A DNA stretch of 64,000 nt from Eledone cirrhosa (taxonomy: Eukaryota): contig OZ024757.1 of assembly GCA_964016885.1 (NCBI GenBank), forward strand, positions 38,998,001-39,062,000. The letters are read 5' to 3'. How positions within the stretch are numbered: position 1 is the first letter of the stretch; every line of letters starts with the position of its first letter. Of the stretch, positions 12,806-27,338 are shown in pieces. Below the pieces are notes generated by a model. The model made no database searches, was not told the DNA's origin, and saw only the letters and a program-made list of their open reading frames with translations. A program made the translations under genes and the position numbers.

Positions 12806-12980
12806 AATTGTTTCTACTTTTGGCACAGGGCCAGCAATTATCTCAGTGTATTACTGGTACTTTATTTTATCGACCCCATAAGAAGGAAAGGCAAATTTAA
12901 CCTCAGCGGGATTTGAACTCAGACCATAAAGGGCCGTAACTCTTTGCTGCAAAGCATGGTGTCCGACCCTCTACCGATGT
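12806..12980 (-). mobile_element. SINE family 1
   Basis: Reverse complement of the family consensus. Confidence 0.85.
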
Positions 12981-13126
12981 ACACATCTATATATATACAT
13001 ATATAAATGTATTGGTATCAATATGTATATATATATATATGCCCATATTTATATATATATATATATATATGCACACACATATATATATATATATATAGAT
13101 ATAGATATGAATTGGTATATATATAT

Positions 13127-13168
<42 letters not shown>

Positions 13169-13971
13169 GAATTGGTATATATATATATATGTATGTATCT
13201 GTATTCATGTGTTTCCTTGAATTTTATATATATTCATACATGTGTGTATGGGTGTGCGTATGCGTGTGTGTGCCAGTGTGGAAATATTTGGTTTCGAGTT
13301 TTCAAAATCGATCAATAGTTTTCCATCTGGTGTATTTTGCTGCTGTAGTAATGATACAGAATCAAAGACGAAACGAAAATCGATGACGTATAATTTTTCA
13401 AATCCAGACATTTACCCCTGTATTCATTCACTTAAGCATTCTTTCATTCTTCCATTCTTTCGTAATAGCATTCTTTCGATCTCCCCGTCATTCATAACGA
13501 TCATCTTATTTTACTTAGGTTTCAATGTCTGTGAGAAGGTGTAAAATACGTGCCATATTGTTTTGTGCGTTCTTTCTTTTCGCTTTTTACTGCGCATAAT
13601 TCGTAGCTGTTTAAATGTATGTATGTATATATATATATATGTATATAAATATTAGAAAGTGAGGGTGTTTTTGCGAAATGAAAAATAACCGAGGTGTCCT
13701 ATACGAGTGAAAGTATAAAGAAAAAAAGATGAAATCGAAAATGCAACTGGAGTCTTATTTTTTTAAAAATATATATATATGTGGTTCCTTTACCGGTTTC
13801 GCAGTTCTTCTGCTTTTCAAAAGTAGAGTTGAGATGGAGGGTCTGTGGTTTTTCTATATATATACATATAGAAGATTCAGGGCCCCAACGACTGAGCTCC
13901 GGCCGTTTCGACAGCTAGATCCTAACTTGTGCATTATTGTGCACCTGGATTCGTATCACACTTTCTGTATT

Positions 13972-14008
<37 letters not shown>

Positions 14009-14026
14009 CATACAAAACCTTGCAAA

Positions 14027-14065
<39 letters not shown>

Positions 14066-14723
14066 GCTGGGCTAATATTTCTTGCTGATCCACTCTCACA
14101 CTCTGTCAACTTTCAGTTCATAGAAATAATAAAAACAGTTATGTTATATTTCCAACGTGGGTGACATGCTATGTTTATTTATAAGCTTTTAACGAAAACC
14201 TACACAAATAATTTATAAACTACTAATGTGTAACTTCCTATTGGAAGATTTCTTGTACGGATCTTCACTGTAAATATTCATGGTCAGCTTCGAGAATTTG
14301 AGAAATAACATAGAAGCATTACTGTATGTATTTCTTGGTGCATCCAAATTAATGAACTCTTCCGGGAATGGTAATATATTTCCATATTTGTTCTGGATGT
14401 TGTTTTTTTTTCAGTATTCTACTTGTCTCATAGATATGTTTTTTTTTAATATAATTCCAACATATTTTCAGCTTAATATATATCCGCAATCGTGCGCTTG
14501 TCTGTTCGATTCCTGAACCAGGCGATGCACTGGGTCCTTCAGCAATACACTTTATTTAGTGTTGCTCCGTCTATCTGGAGATATTATTAGTAATTGGAAA
14601 TACTAAATAATATTAGCAATTGGATCGATAGATACTATTAGCAACTGGAAAGACTAATGGAAACATTGTTTCTTCAGTCGGATTTGATGAAAGTCGATCG
14701 ACTGTCGATCGATATATGACCAT

Positions 14724-14908
14724 TTTGGCAGTATCGGTAGAGGGTCTGACGACATGCTTTGCAGCAAAGTGTTACGGCCCTTTATGGTCTGAGTTCAAAT
14801 CTCGCCAAGGTTAACTTTGCCTTTCATCCTTACGGGATTCGATAAAATAAAGTACCAGTAATGCACTGGATAATTGCTAGCCATGTGTCAAAAGTAGAAA
14901 TAATTATA
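14724..14908 (+). mobile_element. SINE family 1
   Basis: A and B boxes plus body. Confidence 0.85.
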
Positions 14909-15055
14909 TATATATATATATATATATTATATATTATATACACTAAGAATTAAGTCAGTATGAAACTGGTTAAACTATTATTAGAAATACTCGGGGCCCA
15001 ACGGTTGTGCTCTTGCCGTTTCGACAGCTAGTTCCACCTATCGGGACACGGATCA

Positions 15056-15096
<41 letters not shown>

Positions 15097-15098
<2 letters not shown>

Positions 15099-15276
15099 AG
15101 GTCCAGGACCCCGACGCCAGAGCTCGAGCCGTTTCGACCAGGTCTAGAAATAGCCGTCGAAACGGCTTGAGCTCTGCCGTCGGGGTCCTGAATCTTTTCC
15201 TATTACCCACTCTACTACCCAAAGTATCGAGTAATCTGGTGTGTTATGTTCCACCTGATTCCTTACCACACTTCAT

Positions 15277-15280
<4 letters not shown>
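15097..15280 (+). mobile_element. Family A element, head-to-head inversion within (TA)n
   Basis: caggaccccgacg..gagctcgagccgtttcgac / gtcgaaacggcttgagctc..cgtcggggtcctg. Further copies at about 2225-2320, 13870-13925, 14980-15040, 30794-30842 and 49817-49930. Confidence 0.7.
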
Positions 15281-15327
<47 letters not shown>

Positions 15328-15876
15328 TTGTAACCTGACACTTTCTTTTCTCATACATTTTTTTTTACTTACATACATATATAGGTATCCACCCTGTCTA
15401 CCCTTTCTAGCGTATATATGGATAGGTCCTCAATGCCAAACTAGCATTATTAATAATAAAAATAGTTATAATGATTTATATTATTAATAAAAATAGTTAC
15501 AAAAATAATTATTCTTAATAATAAAAATAATAACATTTATAAAAATTTATATTAATAATAACGCTACTAATAATAAAAGTGGTAGCTTTTCTAAAGAACA
15601 GGCCGCCACTAAGGTATGGTTTCAATTTTCTCTGATAGTTGGCTGTCAGTTGTGTGTAAGACGAAGCTAGTTCTGTTATCTTACTGAGTCAAGGTCTCTT
15701 ATATCTAAAATTATCCACTGATTTCGGTATGTATGTACAACGAGGTGACTGGTTTAATCTTACCTGTTCTCAAATCAATAGCATATTGATTAATTAAGGT
15801 GAAATCACTTTCCTTAAAATAAGTTGCTGTTTCTTTTCGTATTATTGTTATTATTAATGTTGTCATTGTTGTTGTA

Positions 15877-15909
<33 letters not shown>

Positions 15910-16644
15910 GGTTCGTTCGTAGATGTGTATTTAAGTTTAGTTTTGTTCTATTTTGATTTAACATTATTTTTTTTCATCTTTCGTAGTTCTCATATATTTA
16001 CTGTAACCTTTTCTGTCCGTCTGTCTCTCTATCTGTCTGTATGTCTGTCTGTCTATCTATCTGTTTGTCTATCTGTTTGTATGTCTGTCTGTCTGCCTGT
16101 CTTTCTGTCTGTCTGTCTGTATGTATGTATGTCTGTCTCTGTCTGGCTGTCTGTCTGTCTATCTGTCTGTCAGTCTCTTTGTATGGCAGTCTCTCTGTCT
16201 CTCTGTCAGTCTCTCTGTCTGTCTGTCGAAGGTGGGTAGACTAGTAGAAGATTTAGTACGTAGTATGTAATGTATTGCTGCGATGTGTATTTTATTGATA
16301 GGTTCAACGTCATGATTTCAAAATGTTTCAAACCCTACCGAGCTCCAGCAATTGAAATGTCCAATGGAAACATCGTTTAGTTGGCCCTGTCTGACGAATT
16401 CCACCTCATTCAGTAAGTTAAAAGAGGTCTGGGCTCTTGTTTGATTTGGAGTAATACAAGGAGACCAGCCTTGATCCACACTGCGTGAAGTTGAATCTTC
16501 TTGAGAGACTATATTTATGGTGAACCTGTGTTTGGGATTCTGTATCACTTGCACAGTAATTCCCCAACAGAGTGTTACCACTACTAAACCACTTGAACAC
16601 TCATGGTCGTTTAATTGGTGGCTGTCTAACATACATATCTCTCT

Positions 16645-16855
16645 GCTCATCTGTCCCGTAGCCTGGTGGTCCGTAGGGGCTCCATAAATGATTTGGCAAC
16701 CACTACCTTCCGTTCCTCTCACATCTCGGATTTCCACATGGTTGCACTCGGCTGCATGCTCCTCCATTCAAGGATGTTGTCCTCCCATCTCTTTCTCAGC
16801 CTATCTATATTACTTCCTCCTGCAGGGCAGTCTTGGAAAGCCTCGAAGATCTGTC
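16645..16855 (-). mobile_element. RTE-clade LINE 3' end (second RTE family)
   Basis: Minus frame reads RLRKRWEDNILEW...KVVVAKSFMEPLRTTRLRDR*, a typical RTE C-terminus. Confidence 0.75.
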
Positions 16856-16857
16856 AC

Positions 16858-17198
16858 ATACCTGTAACATATCTATATATCAGTATATAAACTGGATAGT
16901 TTGTGTCTGAACGATATATCTATATATCAGTATACAAATTTGATAGTATGTGCCCCTAACATATATCTATCAGCATATAAATGGGATAGTATGTGCCTGT
17001 AAAATATATCTATCAGCATATAAATGGGATAGTATGTGCCTGTAAAATATATCTATCAGTATATAAAGGGGATCGTATGAGCCTGTAAAATATATCTATC
17101 AGTATATAAATGGGATCGTATGTGCCTGTAAAATATATCTATCAGCATATAAATGGGATAGTATGTGCCTGTAAAATATATCTATCACTATATAAATT
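16858..17198. repeat. 43-bp minisatellite, about 8 units
   Basis: atgggatagtatgtgcctgtaaaatatatctatcagcatataa repeated. Confidence 0.95.
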
Positions 17199-17656
17199 GG
17201 AGTGTTTGTAGAGAAATCAACAAAATCAACGATCAATATTAAGAACTCGACGATATCTTTGAGAAATATTCCAAGTTGTGGGAATATAGATATAGTGAAA
17301 CTAGTAAAGATATTGCAATACAAATAACATTTCTGCTACTTATACATATGTTAAATTGAAGTGTTTTGTGGTTTGTGTACGCCAGACGTATATAGACTTG
17401 CAAGGAAATACATAGAAACGTTCATATATTTGTATGTACATGTGTTTATATACATATGATATACGTAGATAGACAGATAGATCTATAGTTTGATAATAGA
17501 TTGATTTATTGATTTCTCGAAACAGACGCAGATCTGTACCCCTCTCTTGCTTTCACTCACTCTTCCTCTCCCTTTGTATAATATATATATATGTATATAT
17601 ATTATATATATACATATAGATATTATATATATATATAAATATTATAATTTTATATT

Positions 17657-17696
<40 letters not shown>

Positions 17697-17747
17697 GTAT
17701 GTATCTACGTATGTATATATAATATATATATATGTATGTATATAATG

Positions 17748-17821
<74 letters not shown>

Positions 17822-17872
17822 ATATATATAAATATATCGAAATAATATATATATAAAATGTATATATGCATG

Positions 17873-17916
<44 letters not shown>

Positions 17917-18055
17917 CATTCATATATACATTTTATATATATATTATTTGGATATATTTAAATATATTCCATCTCTCGCTCTCTCTATATATATATACAT
18001 ATATATATATATTATATATACATACATAGATACATACATATATATATATTATATA

Positions 18056-18095
<40 letters not shown>

Positions 18096-18672
18096 CGTAA
18101 AGGAAGGCATAATTTTTGATAAAATATTTCATCAATCAATCTAAACTGAAGGCAATAATCGATTTTCTAAACTATAACACCAATCCTTCTGTTTATTTTA
18201 TTTTATTTTACTTTATTTCATTATATTTTCTATTTCCTCTTCTAGCTGTTTGTATTTTTCATATTCTTATGGAAAACATTCTCCAACATTAATATTGATT
18301 GTGCAATAGAACAATTGTTGTATGGAAACATGTATTGTTGTATGCATATAGCAGTTGGCTTCACTTTAGAAGTTCGTCTCTACCGTCTAGTTCATATGAT
18401 TGCCAATGATTCATCGTTGCCTCACGTCATCAGAACAGGAATAAGATTCTTCTCTCATATTTTGCCATCAGTATCTTTATTTACGAGTTAACAAAGTATG
18501 CCGTTAAGTGGTCCCACGGCCGCACTACAACTGTCAAGGAAAAATCTACTTCACATCGGATATAACGTTGGTTTGGGCTTTTAAAAAGGGCGTGTATATT
18601 TCTTTCAACCTTTTCTCTCTCTCTATCTATCTATCTATCTATCTCTCTCCCTTTCCCCCTCTCTCTCTTATA

Positions 18673-18726
<54 letters not shown>

Positions 18727-18835
18727 TATCTCTCTCACTCCATCTCGCGCTCTCTCTTTCTCAATGTATCTCTCTCTATCTTTCTATTTTTCTATTTCTC
18801 TCTCATGTTCTCGTCCTCTCTCTCTCTCTCTCTCT

Positions 18836-18870
<35 letters not shown>

Positions 18871-19379
18871 CATATATCAATGTATCTCTCCCTATCTCTC
18901 TCTTTCTCTCTCACGTTCTCCCCCCCCCCTCTCTTTCTTTCACCGCCTCTGAAAAATAATATCAGCTTTGTTCTGTTCTGACATGGAGAGGGATGTGCTC
19001 CGCCTGGTTTAAAGTGCCCAAGAACTCACATTATGTCACGATGTTACACCTACGATTCTACCAGGAATTATTTTATTTAAGTGTTATCAATAGAAGTTGC
19101 TAAGTGCTCCCTCAGCGCACTAAATGTAGCAGGCAAATCTAGTTCATATCAGACATTACGTTTTGAATAGGGTGCATATTGAAGAAATGGCGTGGTACTG
19201 ACAGAATCGGTAGGATGAAGGATGGAAGCATTTGCGGCATTTATTATGACTTTCAGTGCTTCGGGGTCGATAAATAAATTACTTGGCCTCTGAAGCGCTT
19301 AGCATAGTGGTATGGGTGTTGGAAGTGTGCTCATAATATTGTAGGCTCGATTCCTGGACTTGGTTGTATATATGCTCTT

Positions 19380-19824
19380 GAGGAAATGAAATAAATTGGC
19401 TGTATTTAGATCCGGAGGATAGATGGGCTCCCCCAGTTTTAAAAATACCATTGAAAGGCTATATATCAATATGGCGTCCTTAAAATGCCTTAAAAACTAG
19501 TGTGGCTAAAAAAGAATTAAAATATAAAATATATAATTAGTGATGTTATAAATTGGGGAAATGGAGGAGATAACTGTGTTTAGAGATGGAGAGGAGACGG
19601 GCTCCACCGTATTTTAAAATGCTCTTGACACTCCTTTATGACAATACGCTGTCCCTACGATTCTCTCAGAACTAACGTGGCTAAGAAAGAATATATATAT
19701 GTATAATATATTTTAAAGCGTTGTTATAAATTGAGGAAATGAAGGGGGATGGAGAGGAGTTGAGCTCCACCATGTTTTAAAATGCTCTTGAAACTCCTTT
19801 ATGACAATACGGTGTTGAGAAAGA

Positions 19825-19889
<65 letters not shown>

Positions 19890-20156
19890 GGTTTGAGGTT
19901 CACCACTGTATAGAGCTGGTCTATTCCGTATGGTCAATCGTAATGTAATAATATAGAGAGTACTCAACGTAAAGCAGTTCACGTATTATATTTCGAATAC
20001 CTGATGATATCACCGGATTCATACGGAACCCGGTCATTGAAATGATCATAGTATAATAAACCTTTCAAGGATTTACACAAATCCAGCCTCCTGTCATTTC
20101 ATTATAAAATTATATATATATATAATATATTTTAAAGTGTTGTTATAAATTGAGGT
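19380..20156. repeat. About 170-bp tandem repeat (3 units), third unit interrupted by the HHR element
   Basis: gatggagaggag..ggctccacc..ttttaaaatgctcttga repeated. Related single copies at about 18980-19070 and 55930-56025. Confidence 0.75.
19997..20054 (+). ncRNA. Minimal type I hammerhead ribozyme
   Basis: auac-CUGAUGA-u[stem II accgg/ccggu]u-GAAA-ugauca-UA-guau. Palindromic stem III, AATAAA immediately 3'. Confidence 0.8.
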
Positions 20157-20512
20157 TATGTCATACAACACAACATTTAGACTTTCATAAGCTATTTAAA
20201 ATCGGAGGTTGAGCAATGGAATCAATTAATGATGTAATGCATGTATATAAAGGTGTCTTTCCCGCAACTAATGTCCATACTTTATAGATATATACTAAAA
20301 CATCGTACAAGTATATTCCTGAGAAAGAAATACAGGCTAAATAATTTCAATCAGAGGAATAAAATTATGAATAAATTAATTATCTCTATGTTTACAATTT
20401 TCAAGACTAAGAGACACACACACACACACAAATGTACCTACATAGTCACGTATATGTATATGTGCTTGTCATGTGAGTATGGAAAGGTGTGTATATATAT
20501 ATATATATATAC

Positions 20513-20567
<55 letters not shown>

Positions 20568-21298
20568 GTGTGTGTGTGTGTGTATATATATGTGTGTATG
20601 TATGTACATTTATACGTATATGTATATATATATATATACATATATTTATATATATGGGTGGTAGAGAGTATGAAAAGCAGACATATTTCATATTTCCATT
20701 AACAGAAATCTATCGAAAAACTTCGAAGATTGAACGAAGGAAATAATGAAAGATTGAATATAGAAAAATGGCGGAAAAAACGTGAAAACAAAGTGAGGAA
20801 GACGAAAACATAACAATGGATGAAATACTTTAGTTTCCAAGATAACAATAAGGAGAATGAAAACAACACGAAGTTGCAAAGTTGCAACAAAACATGGCAG
20901 TAATAAAAGAACAGCAAGCTACTATTAAATAACAATGTTGTATGCAACAATAACTTCATGAAATGTTTTGTATATTGAATCATATATATATATATTTGTG
21001 TGTATCTATATATTGTGTATATGTATATATGTATATATATGTATATGTATATATGTATATATATATATATGTATATGTATATATGTATATATATATATAT
21101 GTATATGTATATGTATATATATGTATATGTATATATGTGTATATGTATATTTATATGTGTATATGTATATGTATATTTATATATGTATATATATATATGT
21201 ATATGTGTATATATATATATATATATAAATACGTATGTCTTTCTGTATATGTATATATATATATATGTGTGTGTGTAGATATATGTATATATGTGTGT

Positions 21299-21333
<35 letters not shown>

Positions 21334-23832
21334 GATAGATAGATATATGTGTATGTAGATATATATATATATATGTAAATATGTATGTATATATATATAT
21401 ATATATATGTAGATATATATGTATATATATATGTAGATATATATATGTAGATATATATATATATATATATATATATGTAGATATATATATGTAGATATAT
21501 ATATATATATATATATATGTAGATATATATATATATATATGTAGATATATATATATATATATGTAGATAGATATATATATATATATGTAGATAGATATAT
21601 ATATATATGTAGATAGATATATATATATATATGTAGATAGATATATATATGTAGATAGATATATATATATATGTAGATAGATATATATATATATATATGT
21701 AGATAGATATATATATATATATAATATTAGTATATATTTATATATGAAGTAGGAAAAGTATTATAAATACTATAAATATAAGTTAGAGGAAAATGAGGCA
21801 AAGACTAAAGACTATTAGGCGACGGAAGAAAGACAGGGGAAGAGGGTGAACAAGTCTATGCTTAGGGCAGCGGTGCTGATTCGTTTGCGCCCCGCGGACA
21901 AGACTACAAAGTTATTTCTCCTGACAATGGCCAGCAACACCCGCTGCAAGAGTCACCCGCACCTTGCGGGGCTCCTTCGTCGGACGGGCAGTTAATGTTC
22001 CGATTTCACGGAGGAGGTCGGCAGTACGGGGTTTCGAGGACGAATAAGGTCTCGACGGCGACCATTGCAGATTATAAAGGTTCGGTATAATTTTGAATAA
22101 ATACTGTGTGTAGATTTATTATTCTAAGCCCTCCCTCTAAATATGTAGCATTTTGTTTATCATTGTTTCACATTATCATTTCGTTTCTATACGAAACATT
22201 TCCAATCTTTCACAAAATCATTCAAACTTCAAGGTGTTTCATAATCTGTGATCTTTAATTGTGTAACTAGAAACATTATTGAAGTTTCAAAATATAGCTA
22301 GCTCAATTTGCAGAATATTTCTAGATGGAATGACGATGAAGACGATTATCCTATGACCATCTAACGTTCTTCTGAACTCCAAAGCATTAGGTATGATTTG
22401 TAATTATAAGGAATTAGTGTTAGATGTAAGCTCAAGACAGAAACTTTATACTGCTAATAATGTATTTCATTCTCCCCATTGTGCTTGGTAATCTATGGAC
22501 AGTTTCCTTTATTGGTTCGTTTGATTGTTCTGCCTTTGATGCGAGCAATGTTTGAGCCAGTGAAATGAAATCTTTTCAACTGGAAATTGAAACCACATTG
22601 CAGTCAGTCAGTCAGACAATCAGTCAAGTCTTTCAAGACGTTTAACTCTCTCACTGTTACTCATTACAAGATAACCGCCGCTCAGTTGCTATATATAATT
22701 ACACGATAATTTTTAATATATTTCACTGACAATAGAGCAACAAATACTATTAGACCGCGGACAGAAATGATTGTAACTACACGAATACACAATAATTGAA
22801 AAGCAAGATCAAAAGTTATTTGATTTTTTTTAAAAATATTATCTGTATTAATATATTTAAAAAAATAACAGCTGAATCTATGAAAAACAGTTATTCATGC
22901 TAGGAGTGTTTCAAACTATTGCACACATTTGTTCTGTTGTTATTAGAAATTATTTTGTACTTGCTTTCTCTGTTTTGTCTGCTCTTGTTTTGATTAGTTC
23001 TAAACATTCTAAATAATCGATGGGAATCAATCAATAAAATTCATCGAAAGATAATTTTGATAAATGAAAAATTGAGTTCTGGAATGAAACTGTTTCCTCG
23101 TGCACAGACATAAATTAATTGACAATAAAATCTAAAATCATTGTCGGATATCATACCACCCACACTAGATATTAACACATGTATTGAAAGACAGACTGAT
23201 TTCAGACACACACACACACTGATTACATACACACACAGACTGAATACATACACACACCCACTGATCACACACATACACACTGATCACACACATACACAGA
23301 CTGATCACACACATACACAGACTGATTACACATATACACACACATACTGATTACATACACGCACACACACAAACTGATCACATATGTAGACCCACAAGCT
23401 GATTACATAAACAGGTACATTCGCAGAGACTGATCAAACACACTCACACACCCGTACTGCATACAGAAGTATACGTACATACATATATATGCATACACCC
23501 ACACATACGCACAGAAATCCATAAATACGCATACAGAAACATATACATACACCACATATCTCTCTCTTTCTCTCTCTCTCTATGTCTCACACACTCACAC
23601 AACCACACATGCACTCTCTCATACTGAAATATACACATATATACACAGCCCAGTACCGGGGTTGCTTCGTTTGTTACGTCTCGTTCCCTCTTCCTCTTTA
23701 ATCCAATTCCTCCCTCCATATCTCTCTCTCTCTCTTAATAAAAGAAAACAACTATGTTCGGACATATAACTCCATATCACATAAAAATACACTAAATTAT
23801 GACTAAATCGTAAACACGTTACCAACAACCAT

Positions 23833-23875
<43 letters not shown>

Positions 23876-24128
23876 GGAAAAAATGAAACGAAATTTCATT
23901 TCTCACTCTTAGTACGGCTGTTACTTAAATATAAGTATGTACACGTACATACATATATGTATACAGACGTACAGTAGTATGTATATATATATGCATACAT
24001 GCACACATATATATATGTACGTATGGATTACACATATAAGTAAGTACGTGTACATACTTATATATATAAATATATACACGCACACACATATACGCACATA
24101 TATATATATATGTATATATATTTATACT

Positions 24129-24197
<69 letters not shown>

Positions 24198-24524
24198 TGT
24201 TGACATAGGTGTTGAAATTACATATGAAACTATTCTTTACGTAAGTTCTATCATTATCAAAAGAAAAAATTGTTTAAAAGAATATTTTTCTGATTACTTT
24301 ACTTTAATCGACAAAATCCAAAACAAAATTCAATTTGCAACATATTGTCACACTAATAACAATATATATTTCAATTACATATTCATGATGATCATCTTAG
24401 TGATAGTAATAGTGTTTACATGTTTACCTCTTTTACTCTGAGACTAGGAATTATATCATACATAGTTATTAAACTTTATTTGAATAAATAATTTTAAAAT
24501 ATTTTGGTAGTAGAATTATATATA

Positions 24525-25520
24525 CTTCTCCGAATTGTGAGGCATGTGGTTAGAAGGTCTCAGTAAAGAATCGATGGAGAGACTTGTAGCTCAGACATCT
24601 TAGAGACACTCCAGGTAGAGCCACTACTTCTCCGAAGTGAGAGAGCACAGCTTATATACTATGGGTAGTAGGTTAGAATGTCTCAGTAAAGAATCACTGG
24701 ACAGATTTGTAGCTCGGAGATCAGAGAGTCACTCATGTAGAGCCACTACTTCTCCGAAGTGAGAGAGCACAGCTTATATACTATGGGTAGTAGGTTAGAA
24801 TGTCTCAGTAAAGAATCACTGGACAGATTTGTAGCTCGGAGATCAGAGAGTCACTCATGTAGAGCCACTACTTCTCCGGAGTGAGAGATCACAGCTTAGA
24901 TACTATGGGCATGTTGTTAGAATGTCTCAGTAAAGAATCACTGGACAGATTTGTAGCTCGGAGATCAGAGAGTCACTCATGTAGAGCCACTACTTCTCCG
25001 GAGTGAGAGAGCACAGCTTAGATACTATGGGCATGTTGTTAGAATGTCTCAGTAAAGAATCAGTGGACAGATTTGTAGCTCGGAGATCAGAGAGTCACTC
25101 ATGTAGAGCCACTACTTCTCCGGAGTGAGAGAGCACAGCTTAGATACTATGGGCATGTTGTTAGAATGTCTCAGTAAAGAATCACTGGACAGATTTGTAG
25201 CTCGGAGATCAGAGAGTCACTCATGTAGAGCCACTACTTCTCCGGAGTGAGAGAGCACAGCTTAGATACTATGGGCATGTTGTTAGAATGTCTCAGGAAT
25301 GAATCGTTGAACAGATTTTACGAGGAAAACTAACAGGTAGCAGACCCAGGGGTACACCCTGTGCAAGAAGGTTGGATAATATCCATGAACTTTACTGCTC
25401 TGGCTTGCGGATCCAGCTGGATCAGTTGGAGACAGTTGCTTCTGACAGGACCCGCTGGAAGTGGTGTTTGAGGACTCTGCCCCACGGCCTTGTCAGAAAT
25501 AAGGGTGATGAAGAAGAATG
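24525..25520 (+). mobile_element. RTE LINE 3' end preceded by a 122-bp tandem array of an RTE ORF segment
   Basis: Anchors every 122 bp (24617, 24739, 24861, 24983, 25105, 25227). Exits into ILRGKLTGSRPRG...WKWCLRTLP and a (GAA)-rich tail. Confidence 0.9.
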
Positions 25521-25934
25521 ATATAAACATACAGACAAATCGAAATCAGTATTTGAAACGACTAGAAATGTTGTAAATGAGAGAAAAAAGAAGGAGCGGA
25601 AGAGCAAGAGCTAGTAGAGAAAGGAAGGAAGAAAGAAAGGGAGAAGGAGAGAGGGTGACATATTCTACACTTAGAACAGAGCGGTGTTTCGGCTGCGCCC
25701 TTAAGACAAAATAATGAAGATATTTCCGTGGATAATGGCCAGCCACACACACTGAAACAACCGCACCACCTCATGGGACACCTAATGAGATTCCCCCCCC
25801 CCCACACACACACACATATATATATATCCATATATATATATATATACACATACACAGATACATACATATACATATATACATATACATATATATGTGCATA
25901 TATATATATATATACATTTATATATATATACATT

Positions 25935-25968
<34 letters not shown>

Positions 25969-26018
25969 CATACATACATATATACATACATATATACATA
26001 CATACATACATACATATA

Positions 26019-26203
26019 GTAATAATAATAAAATTGGAGAGAACGTTTCCACGAACCAAAGTATCGTCTTCCTGTCTTCCTCCGGTTGCAACGTTTTTTG
26101 AAATATCCAGTTCTGCGTTTACAGATTGACTTTGTTAGTTTCAGAAGATCCCGTTAAGGGTGAAAGCAGCGATTCTTTGCTTAAACTTTAATCTGTTATT
26201 TTA

Positions 26204-26210
<7 letters not shown>
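26019..26210 (+). mobile_element. Family B putative PLE pLTR
   Basis: Nearly identical to the reverse complement of 59745-59915. Between TA/CA tracts. Confidence 0.75.
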
Positions 26211-26245
<35 letters not shown>

Positions 26246-26462
26246 TTATATATACATGCATATATATATATATATATAGATATTTATATATACATACATA
26301 CATATATATACATGTATATATATATATATATACATTTATATATACATACACATATATATATATATATACACACACACATACATATATATATATATATTTA
26401 TACATATATTTATACATATACACACACACATGCATATATATATTTATACATATATTTATACA

Positions 26463-26501
<39 letters not shown>

Positions 26502-26519
26502 TTATACATATATTTATAC

Positions 26520-26574
<55 letters not shown>

Positions 26575-26575
26575 C

Positions 26576-26624
<49 letters not shown>

Positions 26625-26629
26625 TATAC

Positions 26630-26663
<34 letters not shown>

Positions 26664-26800
26664 TTATATATATATTTATACATATATATACACTACACAC
26701 ACATACATATATATATTTATATATATATTTATACATATATATACACTACACACACATACATATATATATTTATATATATAGTTATACATATATATACACT

Positions 26801-26831
<31 letters not shown>

Positions 26832-27283
26832 CAGGCAATTATATATAATTGTCTCGTCTCATTTATAGATGATCATTTTACTGTGAACTTCGATAATTTT
26901 ATTGGCAACTAGGCAACTAATGGTCTCCTTTGTGTAGTGGAAAACTGTAGCTTGTAACCTGATGAAGAAACAAATAGATTTAAAGAAAACTATTAAAAAA
27001 AATAAATAATGATAATTAAATAAATTAAATTAAAGATAAAAGAAATATAATATCTGCAAAAAAAATATCTAAAAAAAAAACACACAAGACATCTCAAGAA
27101 TGACAATTGAAATCGAGGCGTAAAAAGTTGATAAACTATAAAATTGCAAAATCTAATTAAAATTGATGTTTCTTTGCTTCTGCTAAATGAAACTTTGAAA
27201 TGAAAGATTCGTTTCATTTTCACTGTTAGTATCAATGGCAGCTTCAATTTGCACGTGTTGCATTGGTATTTCTTTTTTTAATC

Positions 27284-27338
<55 letters not shown>

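Noticed and set aside
22314-22390. Possible exon (ttgcag...ag|gtatga)
   Set aside because: Stops in all three frames and no supporting neighbouring exons.
26955-26995. CTGATGA...GAAA as a hammerhead
   Set aside because: No convincing stems I-III. The same holds for isolated CTGANGA at 12341(-), 16391, 18428(-), 39901 and 55934.
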